Below are positions 37,092 through 49,536 of a DNA stretch of 64,000 bases, piece by piece. Where the stretch lies: assembly GCA_002189035.1 (NCBI GenBank), contig NEEC01000014.1, positions 248,001 through 312,000 of the forward strand, in the 5' to 3' direction. A program made the position numbers and the translations under genes. Position 1 is the first letter of the stretch; each line of letters starts with the position of its first letter. The notes under the pieces were generated by a model that worked only from the letters and a program-made list of their open reading frames with translations, did not search any database and was not told the origin of the DNA. The stretch comes from Utricularia gibba (Eukaryota > Plantae > Magnoliophyta).

Positions 37092-37889
37092 GAAACTCGA
37101 TGTGGGTAGGACAGCGGAGGTGCTTCAAGATCTGAAGATGATAAGAACTACTTCAAGAGCTCATCCTTTTTATAACTGGGAAGTCAAAACTACGAAAAAT
37201 TACACATGTTCCAAAGTGGATCTCGCCCTCAGAGCATTCTGACTTTCATCCCAAAAAATTAGAAAAAAAAAAAATGGAATGCGGGACCTTACAGAATGGA
37301 GGTTGTACCACATCGTCGTTACAAGATAGAAAAAGATGTATCTTGAAATATTCAAGATGTGGACATATATTATGCTTGAATATCGATTGAAATTTTGAAT
37401 GTGTACACAAGTTATCGAAATAAATTTATTATTCTATGTTTTTATATAAATACACAAAAAATCATAATAGTTTAATCATTTGCCACCCAGAAAAAATAAA
37501 AGGGTTGGAGGGTTATCCAATCTTAAATCTAAACGTGGAGTGACGGTGAATAAACACGTTGATTTCGATATACGATTTGTTCACAAAGTGTGTTGTAAGG
37601 CTCAATACATGAAACTGTGTTTACACATGTTTTGAAGATCTCATTATAAAATAGTATTAATGGATAATCATTATAATACCATCTTTTGTCTTTTTGAAAT
37701 TGTTAAATTAGCATATAACAAAATTCATATAATCTCTTATTATAATCCAAGTTTCTGCATATCCAATCTCATTTTCGACAATTCACACTCTTGTACACAA
37801 CTTAGGTTAAAATATACTTTCATAATAATTTCCAATTGATCCTTTAGTGTATAGGGTTAAAATATAATTTCATAATAACAAGTCAGACA

Positions 37890-38463
37890 TGTTGAGGGAT
37901 GATGAATTGAAGCCGCTGCATTCGATTGAACAGATCCAAGATGAAGGGATTACAAATGAGAAGTAGGGATTCTGAGAAAACACAAATCACAGATAAAAGA
38001 GAAGATGGGTATATCAAATCTCAGGGACATGGTCTAATCATGAGGGTAGTATTTTATCATGGTGAACTCCCATACAATTCTTGCGAGGAAACGAACTCCC
38101 GCATTCCGGCCGGTCCGTAGGCGATCGTAAACGATCCTTTGATTTTGGAATCCAATACCTAAACATAGGATGAAAGCAGTAAGTACACGAACGAAGCTGT
38201 CATACTTCTGGGTGAAAGCAGGCTGACTTATCTGCGGCTTGTCCGCTGCAGGCATATGGTTCTGGTGCAAGATGGAATAAGGCTCGGATATCCATACCTA
38301 GTACCTAGTCTATAAATAAGTAAAATCTATACATAAATCTTTGTCTTTCTGAGCAATACATACTCAACTCCTCAATTTGCAAGCACTCAAATCTCAAACC
38401 TGTGGTTCTAGATAGTAACCAATCTTCAAGTCTTCAAGCTTGGAAGCTATAGAACCTCTTTCA
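37890..38463 (+). mobile_element. Solo LTR, 574 bp
   Basis: TGTTGA..TTTCA with TSD AGACA (37885-37889, 38464-38468); internal TATAAATA. Its 3' end matches the reverse complement of the LTR at 18068 (CTTCAAGCTTGGAA.CTATAGAACC). Confidence 0.92.
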
Positions 38464-39514
38464 AGACAATGCATGATGGATGTAAATTTTTGCACCAAGA
38501 TGGTTGCAATTAAAATTCATGTATCAAATAAACTAATAAATCTAGTCCACACAAATTATTTTCTAAATGAAAGAGTGTAGTTGTTCAGGGTAGATCGCAA
38601 ATGCACTATCTTATCTAGTTGAAAATTGGTTTTTCATGGTTATTTTCAACCTTTGATCAAAATTCATTTAGGGTTTATTTTTCTGTGAGGACGTGAATGA
38701 TAGAATAGATGGACATCATTTTTTCTTTTTTTTTTTTTTAAAGAAATGGTATCAAAACCAAGAAATGAATTCCTTTACATTTCGTTGAAGTTACACTTCA
38801 AATGTAATTAAATTAGTATGCGAAAGCCTTTGAAATTCAACTGCAAAAAAAGCACTCTTCCAAATACATGAATTGCCAAATCTCTCAGATTCCGTTTGGT
38901 TTGTGGGTTTAACCAAGTTTATACATAGGTTTAATATTTTACCAATGTTTGATATGTAAGTTATTGTTGAATATAAATTTACCTGACAAGTTTAGATAAA
39001 CTCATCAGTAACCCATAGATATGGGTTTATATAAATCCACCTGAAGAGTGGGTTTAAGTATAACTAATATACCAAATATATGTAATAATAAACCCAAATA
39101 ATTTTAATACACAAATCAAATACGTTTCTACATAAAACGCATGGATATGGGTTTAAACATACTCAAATAATTTATATCACCAACCCCTCAACCAAATATG
39201 AAAAGGATGTCCCGTACGTTGACTTAACCAATTCACCTAACAAGGTACAATTATCTCTTATTAAAAAAATGAATTCTAAGATATGGAGCATGAGATGTCT
39301 TTTTGTTTAGACATTTCCTCAATAATACTTCAAGAAATTCGCCATGAAGGAGCTCAACTTTTGCATATAAATGGTGTCTCCCTTTCCAACATTTTTACAG
39401 CGCAAAAACACTATTCTTTTCAGATGGATCATGAGAACCCTCTTCCCTCAATTCCATTCATTCTTGTAGTGACACAAGAATCATCCTGAATATCAATCTA
39501 TCTTGTGCCACAAA

Positions 39515-41122
39515 ATGACAGGAGCATATTTGAGTGATTCATTCAGAGACTCTCGGTTGCATCTACTTAAATTGGTGGGCGTTTTTCTCCTATTAGGGAT
39601 GACCATATTGACCTTGCTTGCGGTGTCCGGATCAACAGAATGGAGTCTGTTGGAGTATTCACTTAACCAAGCTACTGATTCCTCCCATCAGGTTCACGAT
39701 GAGACTTTGTCAAGCGGATTTCATGGGGGTTCTTGTCATAGTAGGTATGATTCCCTCTTGCATAAGCATCCTGCAATAAGAAAGCCTTCCGCAGATCTCA
39801 TTTCCAAGTTAAAAAGTTACGAAAGATTGCATAAAGATTGCGGCCCAAATACATATTTGTATAACATGTCAACAGATGCCCTCAAACGTAACACGTCTCG
39901 AGTGACATCCGAATGCAAATACATCATATATATTGCTTCTTCTGGGTTGGGGAATAAAATGATAGCCCTTGCCTCTACATTTTTGTATGCTCTTCTGACT
40001 GACAGAATTCTCTTAATCGAGGATCAAGAGTTTTATTCTCTCTTTTGTGAACCCTTTCCTAAAAGTTCATGGATGCTTCCCTCCGAATTTCCATTGTATG
40101 CTAGACTTCATACTTTTCATAAGGAATCTAAAGAAAGCTTTGGAGAATTGTTGAGAAACAATTTATTACGTAATTCAAGCAGTTCAATGCCTCACCCCTA
40201 TGTATACCTCCATTTGGATCCAACATTTGGCAGTTTTGATAAGCGTTTTTACTGTGATGAAGACCACTCATATATTCAGGATGTGCCATGGTTGATTTTA
40301 TGGTCAAATCAATATTTCGCCCCCTCCTTATTCTCAATGACATCTTTTGAGAAAAAGCTGCATGATTTATTTCCAGACAAAGAAACAGTTTTTCATTTTT
40401 TAGCACCCTATTTGTTCAATCCAGAAGATTCGGTCTGGGGGTTAGTCAGAAGATTCTATAATGCTTATTTATCTGACGCGGACTTCAAATTAGGGATCCA
40501 AATTCGAACTAATACTTTCTACAAAACCCCATTCGAAGATGTTCTTCGTCTAATTGTCTCATGCACCACGAATGAGGGTTTGCTTCCATCAGTTTATCAG
40601 CAAGAGCAAGGAAATTTGACCAAACTCATGTCCAAAAGCATGAGAACTGTTGTACTACTAACTTCATTGAGCCGTGACTACTTTGAACATATCATGAAGA
40701 TGTTTTGGGAGCATGCTACTGTAACCGGAGAGATGATTGCAGTTCATCAACCAAGCTTCGAAGAGAACCAGAAGGCTGGGAATCTAATTCATGAGCAAAA
40801 AGCCTTAGCAGAAATGTACTTGCTTAGTTTAAGCGATGAGTTGCTTACAAGTCCATCATCAACCTTTGGGTATGTGGCTCAAGGTCTAGGTGGGTTAACA
40901 CCATGGATGATCTTGATGTCCAAGAACAAGACAGGGCATTACCATCCATGTCGCCGACTTCCCTCGATGGAGCCATGCTTCCATGTGCCACCATACTACG
41001 ATTGTAAGACAGGAAGTGATAAATATCCAAATTCTACTGAGCCTCATACCACACAGTGCCTGGATGGGATATGGGGATTGGGAGGACTGCAGCTAGTTAA
41101 CCACTTCGACAATCCGCCTTAG
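39515..41122 (+). CDS. FUT: GT37 fucosyltransferase-family protein, intact (535 aa from ATG 39515)
   Basis: TM anchor; SGLGNK, LFCEPFP, LGIQIR, VHQPS and ALAEMYLLSLSDELLTS..STFGYVAQGLGGL motifs; TATAAAT at ~39367. Confidence 0.95.
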   Translation: MTGAYLSDSFRDSRLHLLKLVGVFLLLGMTILTLLAVSGSTEWSLLEYSLNQATDSSHQVHDETLSSGFHGGSCHSRYDSLLHKHPAIRKPSADLISKLKSYERLHKDCGPNTYLYNMSTDALKRNTSRVTSECKYIIYIASSGLGNKMIALASTFLYALLTDRILLIEDQEFYSLFCEPFPKSSWMLPSEFPLYARLHTFHKESKESFGELLRNNLLRNSSSSMPHPYVYLHLDPTFGSFDKRFYCDEDHSYIQDVPWLILWSNQYFAPSLFSMTSFEKKLHDLFPDKETVFHFLAPYLFNPEDSVWGLVRRFYNAYLSDADFKLGIQIRTNTFYKTPFEDVLRLIVSCTTNEGLLPSVYQQEQGNLTKLMSKSMRTVVLLTSLSRDYFEHIMKMFWEHATVTGEMIAVHQPSFEENQKAGNLIHEQKALAEMYLLSLSDELLTSPSSTFGYVAQGLGGLTPWMILMSKNKTGHYHPCRRLPSMEPCFHVPPYYDCKTGSDKYPNSTEPHTTQCLDGIWGLGGLQLVNHFDNPP

Positions 41123-43889
41123 AGTCATTTCTTCCATTTGTTTTTCTTTCTCATTGTTAACGATTTATACCTTTACCACTTATATTTTTCAGAACTTCGT
41201 GATTGCTGTACCCATTTAACATTGCTAGTTTCCAGTCAACACCTGCAAATCGTTTTGAGAAATGCGCCATTATGCGCTACGGTAGAGAGTGCGTGGATTG
41301 GTGTAGTATTTTTGTCTAAGCCGCATTTATCCCACAACTTATCTACCAATCGATAGTTTCAGTCTCCAATGCCATAAATAATTCTTCTTAATAACCACTA
41401 CAAAATCAAGTTAGCATCATCTGATTCAAACCCGTTTTTTTTTTGTCCTGTTTACTACAGGAAATTCTTGATACGATTACTCGGAATAACTGTATGTTAC
41501 CAGAAATGTCATCGAGACTTGAATAAAAAAAAAAAGGTCTTTTATGCGGCAATAATATTGCCCAGATAAAATTAAACCAGGCAGTTACTACTTGGAAAGA
41601 ATTTATGTAAATTAAGTTTTAAAAAATCACTTTAGAATTGATTTTAACATAATTGAAAATTCGAATAAGAATTGATAAATATTTAGAAGTATTTTTTAGA
41701 ATAATTATTATAAAATGAATTTATGTTTTGAATATAAAAAATAAAAATTAATTTAATAAATAAATGCCATATTTATCTATATTTATTAATAATTCTATTT
41801 TAGAAATTCATATTTTGAAAATATTTTTTATACACCAGTTATATTATAAAAATATTATATGATTTTTAAATTAGAACTTAAATTATTATTTTAATTTAAA
41901 TATATTTATATTAAAATAATGATTTAAAAATTATGGTAATTAAATTATTAATTATAATTATTTATAAGGATACAAATATAACTTCAATTATAAAATTATT
42001 TATTGAAAATCAATTCTGATAAAAGAGTTATTATTTCATGTTTCTCATAAAAATAAAATGATTTTTAAAAATTAATTCTCGTAAAATATAATTTGATGTA
42101 CATTTAAAAACAGAATCAATTTAATTAAGAATAATTTTAAATATAATTGATTTCTGATGATTTCCAAACTGGTTGTAGTTTCCTTTGGTAAAGGTGCCTA
42201 GTAATTGTGTATTAAGGTGAAACTTGTCTCCGGAATAAGTGTGTAGGCTTGAACTCCATTCTATCTTTTCCTTTTCGCTTGCTTAGTTTCCTTTGCAAAT
42301 TGTGTTGAGCTTTTGTGCAAAAACAATTTCAGAACTTTTTTGAAGTTCTTCAGCCTTTACCAAGGAATTATCCCATTTCGCTATAATGGGATAAACAATG
42401 TAAAATGAAATCAGTAATGCCAATTATTGAAATTAACTCAACATCTTCGATTCGCCATTTCCCTTGGGATTTCTTGTTTTCTTTAGATCTACCTCAAGAA
42501 CGCATACTGATCCTAGATTTCCTCCTCCAGTGTGTGGTCACATTTAAATCCATGATGACCACAACTTTTGTTTTATAATGGATTGAGACTATAAATTGTG
42601 TTCGAGGTGTAAATATGATGACAACCACTTTAGTCCGAATCTAAAATGTAAATCCATCGACACTCCAAGGATGTGAAATGTATTAGCCAACCCGGGGGAG
42701 TAGGGCATTTAATGCACTCAACAAACTTACCTAACGATAAATACCTTCAAAGAAAGTCGTTAATGAGAGTGTCAACCAACATATGCTTATATAGATCCGT
42801 GTGAACATATGACTTTTTCCATGAATTTCTGATTTTTGTGATGATGAAGAGACTATGGATTTCTTGAATGTTCATATACTGGCTTCGATTATCCTTTAGA
42901 GAATTCCACTAAAGAGAAAATTCCAACCCCACAAACATTATTGAGGATGAAAATTTTGAATCTTCAAATGCTCTGGTCAATAGTCCTGGGCCCTATGCAA
43001 AGTTTTTTTTTTTTTTTTCATTTTTTACAAAAATGTTCCTTTTGCTTTTCTTGCTACTTCTCTGAGGCAATTAGTAAAATGTCTTGACTTTTTTTTAAAT
43101 TATCATATTACCCTAATTTATAAATCAATTATTATGTTACATTAATTATTGAACATAGTTCACAATTTATATTATTTGTATTGTTATTTTCGTATTATCC
43201 TAATGAAGGTCTAAATTAAGATTTTATAAAGCTGAAATGTCAACTCCCCGGACAGTGTATACTCAGTTTTCAACTTGGCAGGTTAACCAGGTTTTGGTAA
43301 CTTGCTATTTAATTGGGTTCCAATTATTGGTTTTGGACAACAAACTTTTTAAGTACAAAATCCTTTTTTTTAAAATTTAAAAATAATAATAATAAGAGGA
43401 ATATATGAAAGGGTATTCTAAAAAAATATGGTCAAGAGCTTAAAAAATTTAGTATTACGATATTACGATACTTTACTTGGATTTAATGTAATTCACAAAA
43501 AATATTTAAGAAATATAATTATTATGGTAAAAGCTGTGTTTGAGCGTTTGAAAGCATACCACTCTTCGAAATACATGAGTTGTCAAATTATTTCAGGGAT
43601 AGGAATGCCCCGTACTACCTAACAAGGTACACTAATTTCCAATTAAACAAATTTACCTAACATGGTACACTTATTGCTTAGGCATTTCCTTACAATAATA
43701 CATTTGCAGAAGTTCTGAAGAAGAAGCTCAAGTGTTGCATATAAATGGTGTCTGGCTTTCCAACTTTTTAAAGCACATAGACAGAAACCTTTTATTTGGA
43801 TCACCAAATCTCTGCTCCCTCCGTGTCATTCATGCTTGTAATGACATAAGGATCATCGTCGATATCATTCTATCTTGTGCCACGTGATC

Positions 43890-45485
43890 ATGAAAACACG
43901 TGTCAATAATTCATTGACAAAACCTTGGTTGCTTCTACTTAAATTGGTGTGCTTCTTTCTCCTAGGGATAAGCATATTGTCCTTGCTCTCCGCCTTCGAA
44001 TCAACGAGATGGAATGCATCGCTGTATACGCTTAATCAAGGTATTGATTCCTCCAAAAAACTTAATGATGAGCTTTTGCCAAGTGGATTTGATGGAGTTT
44101 CTTGTCGTAGTAGGTATGATTCCCTCTTACATAAACATCCCGTAATAAGAAAGCCTTCTACAGTTCTCATTTCCAAGTTAAGAAGTTACGAGAATTTACA
44201 CAAAATCTGCCGTCCACATACACATTTCTACAACATGACAGTAGATACCCTCAAAAGTAACATGTCTCGCGGGATATCTAAATGCAAATACGTCATATGG
44301 GTTGAAACAAATGACGGCATAGGGAATAGACTGATTACTCTTGCCTCTACATTCCTATATGCTCTTCTCACTGACAGAGTTCTCCTGATCGAGAATAAAG
44401 CGGTTTATTCTCTCTTTTGTGAACCATTCCCTAAAAGTTCCTGGTTGCTTCCTTCGGATTTCCCGTTATTGAATAAACTTGAAAGTTTTCATAGGGAATC
44501 CCACGAAAGTTTTGGTCAGTTGTTGAGAAACAATTTATTAGGTAATTCAAGTGGTTTATTGCCTCACCCCTATGTATACATCCATTTGGATAATGCGTAT
44601 GACAGTTTTGATAAACTCTTTTATTGTGACAAAGACCACTCATATATTCAAGATGTGCCATGGTTGATATTACGATCAAATCAATATTTCGCTCCCTCCT
44701 TGTTCTCAATGACGTCCTTTCAGAGAATGCTGGACAATTTGTTTCCAGATAAGGAAACAGTGTTTTATCATTTAGCTCGATATTTATTCAGTCCAGGAGA
44801 TAATATTTGGGGGTTAGTTAGAAGATTCTATGATACTTATTTATCTGATGCTGATTTCAAATTGGGGATCCAAATTCGAACCAATAGTTTCCATCACCCC
44901 CCAGTGGAAGATGTTTTCAATCTAATTCTCTCATGCACCACGAATGAGCGTTTACTTCCATCAGTTTATCAGCAAGAGCATGGACATTTGACCACGTCCG
45001 TATCCAAAAGGAAGAAAATTATCGTACTATTGGCATCATTGAGTCGTGACTACTTCGAAAAAATGAGGAAGATGTATTGGGCCCATGCTACTGTGACAGG
45101 AGAAATGGTTGCAGTTCATCAACCCAGCTTTGAAGAGCGCCAATATTTTGAAAACCTGGATCATGATAAAAAAGCCTTGGCGGAATTGTATTTGCTTAGT
45201 TTAAGCGACGAGTTGCTTACAAGCCAATCATCAACTTTTGGGTATGCGGCTCAAGGTTTAGGTGGGTTACAATCACGGATGATATTCATGTCTAAGAATC
45301 ATACAGGCCATTACAATCCATGTCGTCGAGTTCAGTCGATGGACCCATGTTACCATATACCACCATATTACGATTGTAAGACGAGAAGAGGGACATATGG
45401 AAATGCTTCGGGGCCTCATACTAGACCGTGCCTCGATGGAGTACAAGGTTTGGGAGGATTGCAGCTCGTTAACGATGCACCTTAA
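43890..45485 (+). CDS. FUT: GT37 fucosyltransferase-family protein, intact (531 aa from ATG 43890)
   Basis: DGIGNR, LGIQIR and ALAELYLLSLSDEL motifs; same GCATATAAATGGTGTCT promoter block (~43737) as the 39515 copy. Confidence 0.95.
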   Translation: MKTRVNNSLTKPWLLLLKLVCFFLLGISILSLLSAFESTRWNASLYTLNQGIDSSKKLNDELLPSGFDGVSCRSRYDSLLHKHPVIRKPSTVLISKLRSYENLHKICRPHTHFYNMTVDTLKSNMSRGISKCKYVIWVETNDGIGNRLITLASTFLYALLTDRVLLIENKAVYSLFCEPFPKSSWLLPSDFPLLNKLESFHRESHESFGQLLRNNLLGNSSGLLPHPYVYIHLDNAYDSFDKLFYCDKDHSYIQDVPWLILRSNQYFAPSLFSMTSFQRMLDNLFPDKETVFYHLARYLFSPGDNIWGLVRRFYDTYLSDADFKLGIQIRTNSFHHPPVEDVFNLILSCTTNERLLPSVYQQEHGHLTTSVSKRKKIIVLLASLSRDYFEKMRKMYWAHATVTGEMVAVHQPSFEERQYFENLDHDKKALAELYLLSLSDELLTSQSSTFGYAAQGLGGLQSRMIFMSKNHTGHYNPCRRVQSMDPCYHIPPYYDCKTRRGTYGNASGPHTRPCLDGVQGLGGLQLVNDAP

Positions 45486-45686
45486 AAGTAAATTTGTCTT
45501 TTTGTTCCATTCTAAGTTTCAATGTTTAATTTATGCTTTTACCTCTTGTCGTATATTTTAAATTTAGTCATCAAATTGAACGATAAAAAAATTTGTGATT
45601 TCTGTACCCATATATATAGCCTTTCTAGTTGGGACCAAAAATATGGGAAACATGATTGTAGAATCTGGATCAACACCTCCAAATCA

Positions 45687-47025
45687 TGATGAGATATGTG
45701 ATTTTATTGTGCCAGATGAAATAAAAAGTGTGGGGAAGAAATTCTATATATTTCACTCACTAAATTTTACATGAATCCATGCTCTATATATACAGCAAGT
45801 TAAAAAACTAATAAATTCAACTACTAGACAATCAAATAATAAGTTTTCAATCTGCACAAATTTGAATAAAGTTGTCGAAACTTTTGTGCTCTTCCAACGG
45901 TTCATTTACCTCTAGGAGTTGATGGACCATAAAGTTGTGCTAAATGTCATGGTTTAGCATAATGCATCAAAATAAATTTATAAACCAAACTATTATTCTA
46001 AATAAATCACAGAAATTAATGTAGTGTAGCAAGCAAGGATTGAATCCCTAGAAAATGTTTGCAATTTTTTGAATTCCTTTATATTTACTGAAAACTAATG
46101 GTTATATAAGTTAAATTCTTACTTGCATAAGACATAAAATAATAGTAAATGTTGTGAATAGGTTGCAAGTCAAAAGAATGCAAGAAATGTCATGAATGCT
46201 CATAAAATACAAAAGGTAAGTGATTCGGTTGAGTTTTGCACCAGTATCTAGTTCTTTTATCACTTTATTACATCTAGAAATAGAGAAAAGTATTGTGGGA
46301 ATAGTTGTCATATTAAACTAAAAAAAAAAACTAAAGATAAAAAAACTCAAAAAAGAAACAGGTTGGTAAGCTAATATAACATCTACAGGAAGTTTAGCAT
46401 TCACAACTAAGCATCATAACTATAAGAAACGTAGAGAAATGACAGAAAATGCAAGAGCATGTTCAATGTTAGAAATAGAAGTACAGAAAACTAAAATAAA
46501 ATGTCAATCAATTGCTATGAAGCAGAGATCTGCTGAAACTGAAAGTTTTGGTAGTAAATCTAATCTGGAAACTAACTGGAGCTATCACTAGAGAACCACC
46601 GTTCTCCTTGCTTCATGCAATGCTACCTTCTCTTTCTTACTTCTTCTTTTCTTTTCCCACTTAAAAGAAGGGCATTTTCATCTTTTTCATGGGTTTTTAG
46701 AAAGAAAATTTTTAATTCATATCTTTTCTTTTCATAAGCGGATTACTTTTGGTTAAAAGCCATTCTTTCTCAATTTTTCTGACTTTTTTTACTTTTTAAC
46801 GTGGAAAGTGCGTTTCAGTACTTTTTATACTACTAAGACTTAATGATAGATTAGATAGAAACATTAAAGTTTTTGACTTAATTGTTGCCAATTAAACCTA
46901 TTTTCACAACAAACATATTCCTACTAATTCACAAAAGTAAATAATTAAGCATATGAAACAATATTTTAACATACAAAATACTCCTAAAAATACATACAAA
47001 AAGTATGATAAAAACAGTATTATCA
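45687..47025. mobile_element. LTR-like insertion in the 3' flank of the 43890 gene
   Basis: Interrupts 3'-flank homology shared with 41150-41430 and 60230-60460; TGATGAG..TTATCA ends; no TSD found. Confidence 0.3.
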
Positions 47026-47915
47026 GGAAAAACCTCATTTTTCCTCAATTACCAAAGTATTAAAAGATTATTACACAAAAAAGATATCACATTTCCCAAT
47101 TATATTCATATTTAGGGTAATCCTTCATTGTTTCTCTGCATCCTTATCACTCCATTGACCTGGCAAACTTGTGATATTAATACTAGAGTGGGGTAATGGT
47201 CTGGTTTTCTTTCCATCCCTCAACTTATCAAACAATCAACAGTTTCATTTTCTAATTTCACATAAATAATTCTTCTTAATATCTATTGCAAAATCAGGTT
47301 AGCATTGTCCTGATTCAAACCTTCTTTATTCCTATTTATTATAAATAGTGTTTGAATGTGTTAAAGATGAAAATCGGTGTTCGAGATGAGTCCGATTTTT
47401 GGGTGATAGATGTGGCCGAAAGTACCGCACCTTGTTATGTTTTTTGCGATTTGTTTGACTCAATCAACAGAAACGAGGGTAGGCGGAGATTTTTACGTGG
47501 AAACTATCAAAGAACGGAAAAACCACGGAGCTATCGAAGTTCGCCGAAGAAAATCCTTATTAGACGGAGATGGTGAAGAAGAGTACAGGTTGGGAGGATT
47601 AGGGTCCAACCCTTTCTCTGTTATGATTTCTTCTATTTTTTGAGTTTTTCATTGTATTGCATAAAGACAAGATCACTAAGTTGTTTATGATCTAATCAAT
47701 TGTGTTTCTTTGCGTCTACATGATCAAAGACTTTCCAATTTCTCTCACAACCTGAAGAAAACTTGTTTGCCCAAGAATCTTCACAGCTAGATCTTTTACC
47801 AAAGGAGTACTTGATTCAAAGCACTTCTACCATTGATCTACAAAAGTGCAAATCATATGTATCAAGTGTGATATTGTATACCATAGAGAATGTAATAAAA
47901 TGAATCCAGACAAGG

Positions 47916-49200
47916 TTACATTTTCTTATTCTTGGCTGCTTGTTGTGTTTGTGGTCTTACAAACATATTCTTCTCATCTCTAAAACAACTCATTTGTATC
48001 AAATATTCATCAATGTCATTGCCTCCAAACTGATCAAATAAATCAATAACATCATCAACCACTCTACCCATTTCACTTGAATGCTTTGGATCATATTGAA
48101 AGTGTGGATTCAAGAAGTAAGCTGCAGTATTAATTTGTTTCTTATACTTATCATCCCAACACCTAGCAATGATTTTTGTAAATGCACCATATACTTTTTC
48201 ATTGTAACCACAAATTACTTTTATTGTTTCAACAACCTTTGGCATGTCACCATAAACAAATCTCATTGTTGCCCATATTTTCCATATCCACAAGTCTTAG
48301 AAACTTCATAAGAGGCTTGAGAATTGTGATTACAACTTCATAATCATTCCAAAAACTTGCATCTCTAATAATGTCTTTAAACTATCAGCCCTCTCAGCCT
48401 TTTCGGCCTTTTTTGGTCCAATCCACTCAATCACTTCCACAAACAACAACAACAATGTTTTTGCATCCTTAATCTTTGAAGACAAATTAATAGACGTGTA
48501 AAATATAGTTCTATTAGGACTATATATAAGAAAATTCACTAGACATTTTGAGCTCATATCAGTCTAACTATCAGCCATCACAGAAGTACCCGTTTCAGCC
48601 CAACTATTTTTCAAGCTATCTATCCAAAGCATTAATTCCATTTTGACATGTTTCAATAAAGAAATACGTATCTCCCAATATGATGGAGCATTTAAAGCAT
48701 CTCCTAACTTTGATATTGTAACTAACATTTTTATAAAGCTCTTAGATCTACAAGTACTTAAAGAAATACTTGTATTATAAAAGAACTTTGCAATAAATAC
48801 TTTTGTTTTTGCTATTGAATCCTTCTCTACAATGAAGAAATTCATTGTAGTTTGCTACATTCCTTTTTGTGTTGCTTTGAACACTTCTAGCTCGAACTTA
48901 CTCCTCAAAGTTCATTTAATCTGAATCAAAAATATTAAGATCATATAAAGAGTTCGGTTTCTCACCAATTTTTCTTTTGTTGCTCCTAGATGATTTAGAA
49001 TTCAGAGCTTTAGAAATCTCTTCTTTCACATACAAAGAAACCTTTAGACATTTAACAATTTGTCCTTTGATACAAGTAAGATGTTGTTTGACGATATATC
49101 CCATCTCCTTCAAACTTCTTGTCACAAAAATTACAGAAAATGATTTCTTTTCACTTAACCTTTTGCACTCTTGCATATTTCCATTCCATATCAGATCTAT
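47916..49200 (-). mobile_element. Decayed hAT-superfamily transposase (DUF659-type)
   Basis: Fragments KQHLTCIKGQIVKCLKV, KFFYNTSISL..APSYWEIR..SWAETGTSVMAD and RWDDKYKKQINTAAYFLNPHFQY. Confidence 0.85.
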
Positions 49201-49536
49201 TGCTACTCTGTGATGGATTAGTTAAAGGAGGAGACGTTTTTTAGCTTTCGAACTTGAAGCCTGGCCTGGTTTTGAGCTTCCGAACTTGAAGTTAGACACT
49301 AAGAGACTTGGGTGAAACAGTTGAGAGAGATACAGCAGTATTCTTTTGACACAAAAAATATTTTTTTTATACATCTGGTTTCAATTCATATTTATACTTC
49401 AGTGCTGAATCGCACCCCAGGTCTAACGGTTATATTTGTAGCCATTGGAGGTCCCTATCTCGGGCCGCTCACAAGTGTGATTGGGCCTATCGAGTCCAGC
49501 CCAGTAGGTTGTTGGTACAGCCTGCATGGTTATCAC

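Noticed and set aside
42183-42366. Short inverted ends TTGGTAAAGG..CCTTTACCAA
   Set aside because: Only ~10-14 bp of pairing with no extended stem; could be a degraded MITE or chance.
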